Counted from the stretch's first letter, positions 1 to 7,280 are shown. The stretch: DNA of 13,406 bases from an uncultured delta proteobacterium (GCA_963810935.1 CAWEPK010000014.1:1-13406); one strand, 5' to 3'. Program-made: numbers and translations. Notes: generated by a model from the sequence alone, not told the origin.

Positions 1-2
1 TG

Positions 3-884
3 CGCGACCCTCACGGCTTCAGGCCCCTCGTCCTCGGCCGCCTGCGCGATTCCTATGCAGTGTCCAGCGAGACGTGCTCTTTCGACCTCATAGAGGCGGA
101 GTACACGCGCGAGATCGAGCCGGGCGAGGTCGTCCGCTTCTCGAAAGACGGCGTCGAATCCTATTTCCCCTTCAAGAAGGCCGAGCCGCGCCGCTGCATC
201 TTCGAGTACATCTATTTCGCCAGGCCCGACAGCAGCATATTCGGCCGCACCGTCTACAACGTGCGAAAGGCCTTCGGCAGGGAGCTGGCCCGCGAGAGCG
301 GCGTAGATGCCGACATGGTCATCCCTATACCCGACTCCGGCATAAGCGCGGCGATAGGCTATTCTCAGGAGTCGGGCATCCCCTTCGAGATGGGCCTGAT
401 AAGGAACCACTATGTCGGCAGGACGTTCATCGAGCCGAAAGAATCGATCCGCCATTTCGGCGTAAGGCTGAAGCTGAACGCGGACCACGACACGGTGAGG
501 GGCAAGAAGATCGTTGTAATCGACGACTCCATCGTAAGGGCCACGACGGGCAGGAAAATCATCACCATGCTGCGCCAGCAGGGCGCGAAAGAGATACACT
601 TCCGGGTGACGTCCCCCCCTACCCGCTTCCCGTGCTTTTACGGCATCGACACGCCTTCGAGGTCGGAGCTGATCGCCTCCTCGCACAGCGTAGATGACAT
701 CAATGAATACATGACGTCCGACACGCTCCGATACCTCTCCATCGACGGGATGAAGAGGGCCATCGGGAACGGGTCGAACGAGTTCCAGTATTCGTTCTGC
801 GACGCATGCTTTTCCGGTGAATATCCGACACGCTTTCCGTGGGGGATGGAGCTTGAGCAGATGGAGTTATTCGTCAAGAGGTAG
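3..884 (+). CDS. purF: Amidophosphoribosyltransferase, 5'-truncated by the window edge
   Basis: The frame is open from position 3 ([12 protein letters not shown]...SSETC), so the start at 60 in the ORF track is internal. Motifs [31 protein letters not shown] (PRPP loop), PCFYGID and FCDACF match Bacillus-type Fe-S PurF. Confidence 0.97.
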   Translation, partial: RDPHGFRPLVLGRLRDSYAVSSETCSFDLIEAEYTREIEPGEVVRFSKDGVESYFPFKKAEPRRCIFEYIYFARPDSSIFGRTVYNVRKAFGRELARESGVDADMVIPIPDSGISAAIGYSQESGIPFEMGLIRNHYVGRTFIEPKESIRHFGVRLKLNADHDTVRGKKIVVIDDSIVRATTGRKIITMLRQQGAKEIHFRVTSPPTRFPCFYGIDTPSRSELIASSHSVDDINEYMTSDTLRYLSIDGMKRAIGNGSNEFQYSFCDACFSGEYPTRFPWGMELEQMELFVKR

Positions 885-895
885 AGTCAGTGAGC

Positions 896-952
896 GGCCG
901 GGATCTTTTCGCGTTCGACCCACGCACTCGGTTGTGCGTGGGTGCCCCGGCC
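896..952. repeat. Intergenic stem-loop after purF
   Basis: Perfect 10-bp stem ACCCACGCAC (918-927) / GTGCGTGGGT (934-943), enclosed by GGCCGGG (896-902) / CCCGGCC (946-952). Confidence 0.6.
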
Positions 953-998
953 TGTCTCTCCGGCCTCGAATGGAAACAACCTCGCCTTGGGATATCGG

Positions 999-1039
999 CC
1001 CCCTCGCCCCTTGGGGGAGAGGGTTTCACGGTGAGGGGT
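999..1039 (+). repeat. REP-like element of the CCCTCTCCC..GGGAGAGGG..GGTGAGGG family
   Basis: CCCCTCGCCCCTTGGGGGAGAGGGTTTCACGGTGAGGGG. A related copy lies in the opposite orientation at 3162-3195. Confidence 0.65.
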
Positions 1040-1086
1040 AGTCGTTCAGGTAAGCAATCTCATTTACCCGTATTTCAGGAGATGAA

Positions 1087-1644
1087 ATGATGGAAGAGCA
1101 CAGAAGACTTCTAAGGCTGTTGAAAGACCTATCCTACGAAGAAGGCGATTTCCTGCTGGCCTCCGGCAAGCGCAGCACGTTCTTCATCGACTGCAAGGAG
1201 ACGACGCTGAACGCCGAGGGGATGTACCTGGTCGGCCACTGCATGTACCAGGAAGTGCTGCGGGTGCCCGGCATAGAGGCGGTCGGGGGCGTAAGCGTCG
1301 GCGGCGACCCTCTCGTCTGCTCGACGGTGCTCGCTTCCTATGCGCTCCGCGATCCGATACCCGGCTTCTTCATCAGGAAGGAGCTTAAGGGCCACGGCAC
1401 GAACCGCTGGATCGAGGGCGGGAAGAACCTGCACAAGGGGATGAATGCGCTGATCCTGGAAGACGTCGTGACAACGGGCGGCTCGTCGTTAAGGGCGATA
1501 AACGCGGCCGAGTCGGACGGCCTGGTCGTCAAGGGCGTCATAGCCCTCCTCGACAGGCTTGAGGGCGGCAGGGAGGCAATAGAGGAAAAGGGCTATCTCT
1601 TCAAGTCGATATTTACCTTGAACGATATAAGGCAACTAAGTTAA
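1087..1644 (+). CDS. pyrE: Orotate phosphoribosyltransferase
   Basis: Motifs GDFLLASGKRSTFFIDCK, RKELKGHG and LEDVVTTGGS (PRPP-binding). AGGAG RBS at 1077-1081. The start could be 1087 or 1090. Confidence 0.96.
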   Translation: MMEEHRRLLRLLKDLSYEEGDFLLASGKRSTFFIDCKETTLNAEGMYLVGHCMYQEVLRVPGIEAVGGVSVGGDPLVCSTVLASYALRDPIPGFFIRKELKGHGTNRWIEGGKNLHKGMNALILEDVVTTGGSSLRAINAAESDGLVVKGVIALLDRLEGGREAIEEKGYLFKSIFTLNDIRQLS

Positions 1645-1671
1645 ATAACTTACTATTTAGGTCTTCAAGGT

Positions 1672-1819
1672 AAGCGAACGCGAAGCGCCGAGCTACGGTA
1701 ATAAAACATAAAGCAACTGGCATAACTCACTGATATAAGGGTTTTCTAAAGCAAGCGAATGCGCCGCGCCGAGCAGGGAGGCTCCGGCGGCTTTGCCGAC
1801 GGAGGGGGCGCTGAGCCCC
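1672..1819. repeat. Composite intergenic repeat: 22-bp direct repeats flanking an IHF-like site, followed by hairpins
   Basis: AAGCGAACGCGAAGCGCCGAGC (1672-1693) and AAGCGAATGCGCCGCGCCGAGC (1753-1774) are 19/22 identical. TATCAG-TGAG-TTA lies on the minus strand at 1723-1735. Hairpins at 1782-1804 and 1805-1819. Confidence 0.55.
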
Positions 1820-1820
1820 A

Positions 1821-2024
1821 TTATTTGCGGCGTTCCTTCCCCAGCGTCTTGCCCCCGAACCAGTCGAGGGACTGCAAAGAAGAAACGACCAGGGCCGTGG
1901 AGTAGTGCAGCAGGTGGTCTACATGGAGTTTTACGGTACCCTGGTCCGGCGAGCGCGGGTCGGGAACTGCCTTCTTCGGCCACAGCCTGCCTTTCGGGCT
2001 CATCGACGAAAGCCATCCTTTCAT
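1821..2024 (-). CDS. Small basic hypothetical protein, 67 aa (MKGWLSSMSPKGRLWPKK...KERRK)
   Basis: Internal ATG at 2024 of the 1821..2219 ORF, preceded by GCAGGT. It fills the gap without overlap, 65 bp downstream of the Cys-rich ORF. No recognised family. Confidence 0.4.
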   Translation of the reverse strand: MKGWLSSMSPKGRLWPKKAVPDPRSPDQGTVKLHVDHLLHYSTALVVSSLQSLDWFGGKTLGKERRK

Positions 2025-2089
2025 TTTTAAACCTGCTTGTGGTTGACAGGACGTGCTTACCGGCCGGCCGCTTTTTCGCGGCGAGACCG

Positions 2090-2362
2090 CTATTGCGCCA
2101 TAATGAGGTCGATCTCGAACTGCGGGCAGTTTTCGAACCCTACCAGGTTGGCTCTGCCGGTGAGGGGGCAGCACTTGCCGCAGTGCGCCCATTTTGTGCA
2201 CGTCACCGGCCCCTGGCATAGCTCAGTGGAGGAGGCGTCGAACCAGCCGCATTCGCCGCACGTCGGCCCGTCTTTCCGGCACGCGGGCCTGCCCGCGAAG
2301 AGGACTTCCAGGTCCTCCAGAGTGTACGGCACGCCGGTTCCGTAATCGAAAACCTCTTCCAT
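2090..2362 (-). CDS. Small Cys-rich hypothetical protein, 90 aa, probably metal or Fe-S binding
   Basis: ATG at 2362 with GAGGCGG RBS. 9 Cys in the pattern C-x6-CxxC-x10-C-x5-C-x5-CxxCC-x13-C. Codon third positions are GC-rich like the neighbouring genes. Confidence 0.7.
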   Translation of the reverse strand: MEEVFDYGTGVPYTLEDLEVLFAGRPACRKDGPTCGECGWFDASSTELCQGPVTCTKWAHCGKCCPLTGRANLVGFENCPQFEIDLIMAQ

Positions 2363-2437
2363 CAGACCGCCTCGCTTGATAGTTTTCGTTCGGTAACGGG
2401 GGTCGCCCGGAGGTTCCGCGGCCCACAATCCGTATCC

Positions 2438-2453
2438 TACAAGAATCATGCCT
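2438..2453 (-). promoter_or_regulatory. Candidate sigma54 (-24/-12) promoter
   Basis: The minus strand reads AGGCATG-ATTC-TTGTA against the consensus TGGCACG-N4-TTGCW. Spacing is correct, but -12 is GT rather than GC. Confidence 0.45.
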
Positions 2454-2532
2454 CTTATCGTCCGTTTGCGAAAATCTCTTAAGGACAGCCGAAAAACAGC
2501 CCGTGCCGGGCCGCCTTCGGACGGGGAAATCC

Positions 2533-2591
2533 GTCTTGCACAGTGAGACTATGTCTTGTGCAGCAAGACAGACTATCTCGTCGCGCAAGAC
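2533..2591. promoter_or_regulatory. Three tandem 17-bp palindromic operator/UAS sites (GTCTTG-N5-CAAGAC)
   Basis: GTCTTGCACAGTGAGAC (2533-2549), GTCTTGTGCAGCAAGAC (2553-2569; perfect 7-5-7 palindrome with flanks) and ATCTCGTCGCGCAAGAC (2575-2591). Start-to-start spacing is 20 and 22 bp. Confidence 0.65.
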
Positions 2592-2652
2592 AATAAGACC
2601 GCTTGAACAGGATCGAGAGGTCGTGTCGGGGAAGCAGTATCAGCTAGGAATG

Positions 2653-3096
2653 TTAAGGGCAGCGACCGACCTTGACGGTCATAGCCGAGCCGCCGGGCAC
2701 GAGGCCCTTGAGGCTCAGCGGCCTGCCTGCCACGGTCAGCACGTGGTTTGAGTAATCGGCGCTCCTTATCCTGATCTCGCCGGCCTTGTGGCGCACAGAT
2801 GCAACGCCCGTCCCGTCCGTTTGCAGGCCGTAATACTCGAAAACGCCGGCAGACGGGCTCTCCACCCGGACGGTCGATATCCCCTCAACCGGATCGTACA
2901 CATACGTCTCCTCCACCGGCGCCAGGTATATCGAGTTGATGAACTTCAAGCTGAATTCTTCCCCAGCCTCCAACGGCATAGCAGCCAGCACTTTTTCCGG
3001 CTCGCTGCCGGCGACGATAACGCAAAGGCCCGCCGCGCGGGCGGATAGCGGACAAAACATCATGAGCATAATCAATAACAAAACGCGGACAGGCAT
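2653..3096 (-). CDS. DUF1850-like exported protein
   Basis: N-terminal signal peptide (LLLIMLMMFCPLSARA). FSLKFINSIYLAPVEETY resembles the DUF1850 F.L.F.HS....V.E.Y signature as recalled. Size is typical. Confidence 0.7.
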   Translation of the reverse strand: MPVRVLLLIMLMMFCPLSARAAGLCVIVAGSEPEKVLAAMPLEAGEEFSLKFINSIYLAPVEETYVYDPVEGISTVRVESPSAGVFEYYGLQTDGTGVASVRHKAGEIRIRSADYSNHVLTVAGRPLSLKGLVPGGSAMTVKVGRCP

Positions 3097-3161
3097 AACG
3101 AAAACACTTACTCTTTTTCCGAAGCCTCTGTCAAGCCGATCGCGAACCCATCGCTATCTCA

Positions 3162-3195
3162 CCCTCACCCCGCCCTCTCCCCTCAAGGGAGAGGG
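3162..3195 (-). repeat. REP-like element, second copy
   Basis: CCCTCACCCCG-CCCTCTCCC-CTCAA-GGGAGAGGG, with a perfect 9-bp stem. The reverse complement resembles 999-1039. Confidence 0.7.
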
Positions 3196-3240
3196 AGAGC
3201 CGTGCAATCAACGGGTGGTTTAGTCGTGGGGAGGCGCGCC

Positions 3241-3382
3241 GGGGTTCGGGTGGTCTGGCTATTTTCGATGGGATTCGCGTTGCTTTTCGAAGGCGCGCGG
3301 CGGAGCGTACTACTGTACGTGAGCACGCCGCGCCGAGAAAACGACGTGAAGACCGCGAAAAGAGCCAGGCCACCCGAACCCC
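3241..3382 (+). repeat. 142-nt rod-like palindromic element (MITE/REPIN-like or structured RNA)
   Basis: 27-bp terminal inverted repeats at 3241-3267 and 3356-3382 (25/27), nested inner stems and an apical CGTAC-TACT-GTACG. Confidence 0.7.
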
Positions 3383-3392
3383 TATACCATCA

Positions 3393-3427
3393 GCTCATTA
3401 TTCGCTATACTATAGCGAATAATGAGC
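3393..3427. promoter_or_regulatory. Perfect 17-1-17 palindrome overlapping the hemE start codon and a TATACT -10-like hexamer
   Basis: GCTCATTATTCGCTATA-C-TATAGCGAATAATGAGC. ATG at 3422-3424 and TATACT at 3406-3411. Confidence 0.6.
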
Positions 3428-4453
3428 ACGAGCAACTTCCTACGAGCATGCAGGATGGAACAGCCCGACTGTACCCCTGTCTGGCTGATGCGCCAGGCCG
3501 GGCGCTACATGGCTGAATACCGCGCCCTGCGTCAAAAGCACTCATTTATCGAGATGTGCAAGACCCCGGACCTCGCTACAGAAGTCACGCTCCAGCCGGT
3601 CCTTAGATTCGACCTCGACGCAGCCATCATTTTTTCGGACATACTCCTGCCCCTGGAGGCCATGGGCGCCGGACTCCATTTCGACGACAACGCCGGCCCC
3701 GTCGTCGAAAGACCCGTCCGCGCGATTGCGGACGTCGAGGCGCTGCGCGTGTTCGATCCCGGCTGCGACTTGTCTTATCTCCTCGACGCCATACGCGCAG
3801 CCCGCTCCGCCCTGGCGGGCCGCATACCGCTTATCGGCTTCGCCGGAGCGCCTTTCACGCTCGCCGCATATCTTATCGAAGGCGGGGCCTCCAGGCACTA
3901 CCAGGCGACCAAAGCGTTCATGTACAGGGAGCCTGCCGCCTTCCGCCTCCTCATGGAGAAGCTGACGGACGTCTGCGCTTCCGTCCTGAACGCGCAGATC
4001 GCATCAGGCGCGCAGGCCGTCCAGGTCTTCGACAGTTGGGTAGGCACGCTTGGCGCGGCAGATTACGCGGGGCAGGTCATGGACCACTCCGTCCGCCTTT
4101 TCGACGCCCTGGACAAATCGGTGCCGAGCATCCATTTCGGCGTCGATACCTTCCACCTTCTGCCCCTCATGAAGCGCGCAGGAGGAGACGTGACCGGCGT
4201 AGACTGGCGCGTCCCCATCGACATGGCCTGGGACGTGCTGGGGCACGACCGGCCCATCCAGGGCAACCTCGACCCCGCCGTGCTCCTGGGGCCTGATGCC
4301 TACATCGAAGAGCAGGTGAAAGAGATCGTGAGGCGGGCAGGGACGGCCGGGGGCCACATATTCAACCTCGGCCACGGCGTCCTGCCGGAGACGCCGGCGG
4401 AAGCCGTCGATCTCCTCGTGCACAAGGTGCACCAATACGGGCGTGCGACATGA
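3422..4453 (+). CDS. hemE: Uroporphyrinogen decarboxylase
   Basis: Motifs PVWLMRQAGRY, DAAIIFSDIL, LIGFAGAPFTLAAY, QVFDSW, QGNLDP and HIFNLGHG. Confidence 0.97.
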   Translation: MSTSNFLRACRMEQPDCTPVWLMRQAGRYMAEYRALRQKHSFIEMCKTPDLATEVTLQPVLRFDLDAAIIFSDILLPLEAMGAGLHFDDNAGPVVERPVRAIADVEALRVFDPGCDLSYLLDAIRAARSALAGRIPLIGFAGAPFTLAAYLIEGGASRHYQATKAFMYREPAAFRLLMEKLTDVCASVLNAQIASGAQAVQVFDSWVGTLGAADYAGQVMDHSVRLFDALDKSVPSIHFGVDTFHLLPLMKRAGGDVTGVDWRVPIDMAWDVLGHDRPIQGNLDPAVLLGPDAYIEEQVKEIVRRAGTAGGHIFNLGHGVLPETPAEAVDLLVHKVHQYGRAT

Positions 4454-5349
4454 AGACACAGGTATTACTAGTCAATTTCGGAGCGCCGGGGACCGCCGCC
4501 CAGGTGGCGCCTTTCTTAAGGGGGCTTACGGGCCGCGACGCCCCGCCCGAGGCAATCGAAGCCTTACATGAGAGGTACCGGGCCATCGGCGGCTCGCCCC
4601 TCACCAGGATCACACAGGAGCAGGCCACGGCCCTCGCGCACGATACGGGCCTTCCCGTCGCTTGCGCCTTCAGGTACACGTCACCTACCCTCGAAGAGGC
4701 GATCAACGGCTGCTACATGTCGGGCATGGAGCGCATAGTTTTTTTCGTCATGTCCCCTTTTTACAACTCCCGCACCGTCGGCGCATACGTGAGGACTGCC
4801 GGGACGTACATCCCGCTTTTGCCTTATAACCCGGACGTCGTCTTCGTCCATAGCTGGTACGCGTCGGATGCGTTCAGGCAGGCATGGACGCAAAGGATCC
4901 GCGAGCACATAGCCGCGCGACAGGCGGAGGTTGACAGCGCCTTTTACCTGTTTTCCGCGCACAGCCTGCCTCTCTCGTGCAAGGGCGAGCCTTACGCCGC
5001 CCAGGTGGAGGAGACGGCCGCTGACATCGCGTCGCGCCTCGGCCTTCCCGCCTCCCGCTGGGGCCTCGCCTGGCAGAGCGCGCCCGCCTCGCCCGAAGAG
5101 CCATGGATGGGGCCGTCCGCCGAAGAAGCGATGGACGGAGCAGCCAAAAATGCGTCGGCCGTAATCGAGGTGCCGGTGGGCTTCGTCAGCGACCACCTTG
5201 AGACGCTCTACGATATCGATATCGTCCATGCGAATCATGCCGCATTGCTGGGGCTCGCATTTTCGCGCGTGCCGTCCCTCAACACGTACCCGCCTTTCAT
5301 GGCAGCCTGCAAAGCCGTCCTCCTGGAGCGGCTCGCACAGGGGCAATGA
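4450..5349 (+). CDS. hemH: Ferrochelatase, probably coproporphyrin type (CpfC)
   Basis: Motifs LLVNFGAP, RYRAIGGSPL, FSAHSLP (catalytic His), WQS..WMGP and PVGFVSDHLETLYDID. ATGA overlap with hemE. Confidence 0.93.
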   Translation: MKTQVLLVNFGAPGTAAQVAPFLRGLTGRDAPPEAIEALHERYRAIGGSPLTRITQEQATALAHDTGLPVACAFRYTSPTLEEAINGCYMSGMERIVFFVMSPFYNSRTVGAYVRTAGTYIPLLPYNPDVVFVHSWYASDAFRQAWTQRIREHIAARQAEVDSAFYLFSAHSLPLSCKGEPYAAQVEETAADIASRLGLPASRWGLAWQSAPASPEEPWMGPSAEEAMDGAAKNASAVIEVPVGFVSDHLETLYDIDIVHANHAALLGLAFSRVPSLNTYPPFMAACKAVLLERLAQGQ

Positions 5350-6756
5350 TGCGGGTCGCCATCGTCGGCAGCGGAGTCTCCGCCCTCGCCTGCGCAGTAG
5401 CGCTCAAAGAAAAAGGCATAGAGTTCACCGTCTTCGAGAGCGCGCCCGCCCCCGGCGGCAAGCTCCGCACGGAAGAGATCGACGGCTTCACCGTTGAGGC
5501 GGGCCCGGACAGCTTCCTCCCCGAAAAATACTGGACGGTCGATCTCATACGGCGCGTAGGTCTTGCGGCCGACCTTCTCCCTACAAACGACGAGCACAAG
5601 GGGACATATATCTATTCCGGCGGACGCCTCCACAGGCTGCCCGACGGCGTGATGCTGATGGTCCCGACGATGATCATGCCCCTTGCCCGCTCGCGCCTCA
5701 TATCCTGGCCGGGCAAGCTGCGCATGGGGATGGAGACCTTCGTCCCCGCCAAAAAAGACGGCTCCGACGAGAGCCTGGCGAGCTTCGTCACCAGGAGGCT
5801 CGGCAGGGAGTGCCTGGAGAAGATCGCGGAACCTCTCGTCGCGGGGATCCATACATCCGACCCCCAGGACATGAGCGTGAATGCCGTCTTCCCCAGATTT
5901 ACGGAGATGGAGCGGACGAAGGGAAGCCTCATCAGGGCGATGGCGGCCGCTTCAAAGAAAAGGCCGGGGCGGGGCGCGGGCAAGGCAGGCGGCGCAAGCG
6001 CTGCCCCCATGACATATTTCATGTCCCTTAAACACGGCATGGGGCAGTTAGGCGAGGCGTGCGTGGCCTTCGCCGGCAGCGGCGCTTTTCGCACTTCCTG
6101 CGAGGTCACCCGCATAACAAAGGCGGCGGCAGGGTTCGATGTAGAGGCAGGGGGCGAAAAGTCGGCCTTCGACGCAGTCGTCGTCTCGACCCCGTCTTAC
6201 GTGACAAGCAGGATCGTAGCGGACATGGCCCCTGACCTGGCCCGCCTGCTCGACGCCATCGAGTGGTCCTCGACTGCGACCGTGTCGCTCGCCTTTAATG
6301 AAAAAGACGCGCCGCGACTGCCGGGCTTCGGCTTCATCGTGCCCAGGACGGAAAAAAGGCGGATCAACGCTGCGACGTGGAGACTCGGTAAAGTGGCGCT
6401 ACAGGGCCCCCGCCGGGCGCCTCCTCGTGAGGGCGTTCGTGGGCGGCGCGGGGCGGGCGGACCTCGCTTCGGCGGTCGACGCAGAGATCGTGCGCATAGT
6501 CACCGAAGAGCTGCGCGAGATCGCCGGTATCGGCGCAAACGCGCTTTTTGCACGCGTTTACCGCTGGCCCCGGTCGATGCCCCGCTACACGGTCGGCCAC
6601 CTCGACCGCGTTGATGCCATCGACAGGTGCGCCGCAGCGTTCCCCGAACTGTATCTCATAGGAGCGTCGCTGCGCGGCATAGGCATAGGGGACTGCGTAA
6701 GGAGCGGGTTCAACGCTGCAGAAGAAATTACACAGTCTGCGATAGAGGGAATTTGA
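5346..6756 (+). pseudogene. hemY: HemY/CgoX-type (proto/copro)porphyrinogen oxidase, frameshifted near 6383 (real lesion or sequencing error)
   Basis: N-part has VAIVGSGVSAL, GGKLRT, EAGPDSFL, EPLVAGIH and GFGFIVP. C-part continues in another frame with SVKWRYRAP, RWPRSMPRYTVGH and GIGIGDCV. Removing A6383 gives TGG AGC TCG GTA AAG TGG (W-S-S-V-K-W) and a single ORF. Confidence 0.88.
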
Positions 6757-6793
6757 CCCGGAAGCGCGGTTGGCGTACCGCGCTTCCGGGTCA
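6754..6793. terminator. Perfect 17-bp stem-loop between convergent genes, possibly a bidirectional terminator
   Basis: TGACCCGGAAGCGCGGT-TGGCGT-ACCGCGCTTCCGGGTCA, starting at the hemY TGA. There is no strong U-tract. Confidence 0.6.
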
Positions 6794-6827
6794 CTTGAGA
6801 ATTGCGAATAGCAGGGAAAACAAGACG

Positions 6828-7280
6828 TTAATCCGCGGCGGGGTTGCTGGCCGATTCTTCTTCACTGTCCCCGAAATCAGCGTTGTTGCTGCCGCCCGAC
6901 GACCCCATCTGGCTTCCGGTGCCGTACGAGCCTGCGCCCGGGGAACCCATCTGGCTTTCCGTGCTGCCCGGCGTCCCGCCATAGGTGCCGGGGGATGCGC
7001 CGTTCGGTCCCATTTGGCTGCCGCCCGGTCCCATCTGGCTGCCTGTGCCCATTTGGCTACCTGTGCCGCCGTACGCGCCTGTGCCTCCGGCAACTCCACT
7101 GCCTGTGCCTCCGGCAACACCGGGGCCGGTGCCTCCGGCCATGCCTCCGCCCGTGCCTCCTGCTGCTCCACCCATACCTCCACCTGCGCCACCCGCGCCC
7201 TGCGCGGACGCCATGTCAGGCCCTATAAAGGGCAGGCAAATCATGAGCCCTGCGAGTCCGATCAGTAAAACCAACTTCAT
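6828..7280 (-). CDS. Secreted Gly-rich low-complexity protein
   Basis: AGGAGG RBS, signal peptide MKLVLLIGLAGLMICLPFIGPDMASA, repeated AGGTG and SQMG units and an acidic tail. Confidence 0.75.
   Translation of the reverse strand: MKLVLLIGLAGLMICLPFIGPDMASAQGAGGAGGGMGGAAGGTGGGMAGGTGPGVAGGTGSGVAGGTGAYGGTGSQMGTGSQMGPGGSQMGPNGASPGTYGGTPGSTESQMGSPGAGSYGTGSQMGSSGGSNNADFGDSEEESASNPAAD

Noticed and set aside
890..1090. 66-aa ORF between purF and pyrE
   Set aside because: It runs through hairpin and REP-like repeats and has no convincing RBS or family features.
1715..1742. dif (XerCD) site
   Set aside because: Only a GCATAA half resembles dif and the XerD arm TTATGTTAAAT is absent. An IHF-like match fits better.
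2090..2092. Sec/Pyl recoding in the Cys-rich ORF
   Set aside because: There is no in-frame TGA, and nothing in the window supports read-through of the TAG.
2533..2591. CRISPR mini-array
   Set aside because: The units are 17 bp with only 3-5 bp between them, so there are no spacers, and no cas genes are present.
3241..3382. 6S RNA or a Tn3-family MITE
   Set aside because: It is shorter than typical 6S RNA and lacks the usual zapA/ygfA context. The ends start with GGGG, but the arms are 27 bp and there is no 5-bp target duplication.
6364..6400. Programmed ribosomal frameshift in hemY
   Set aside because: No slippery heptamer or homopolymer at the junction, and a simple 1-bp insertion explains it.
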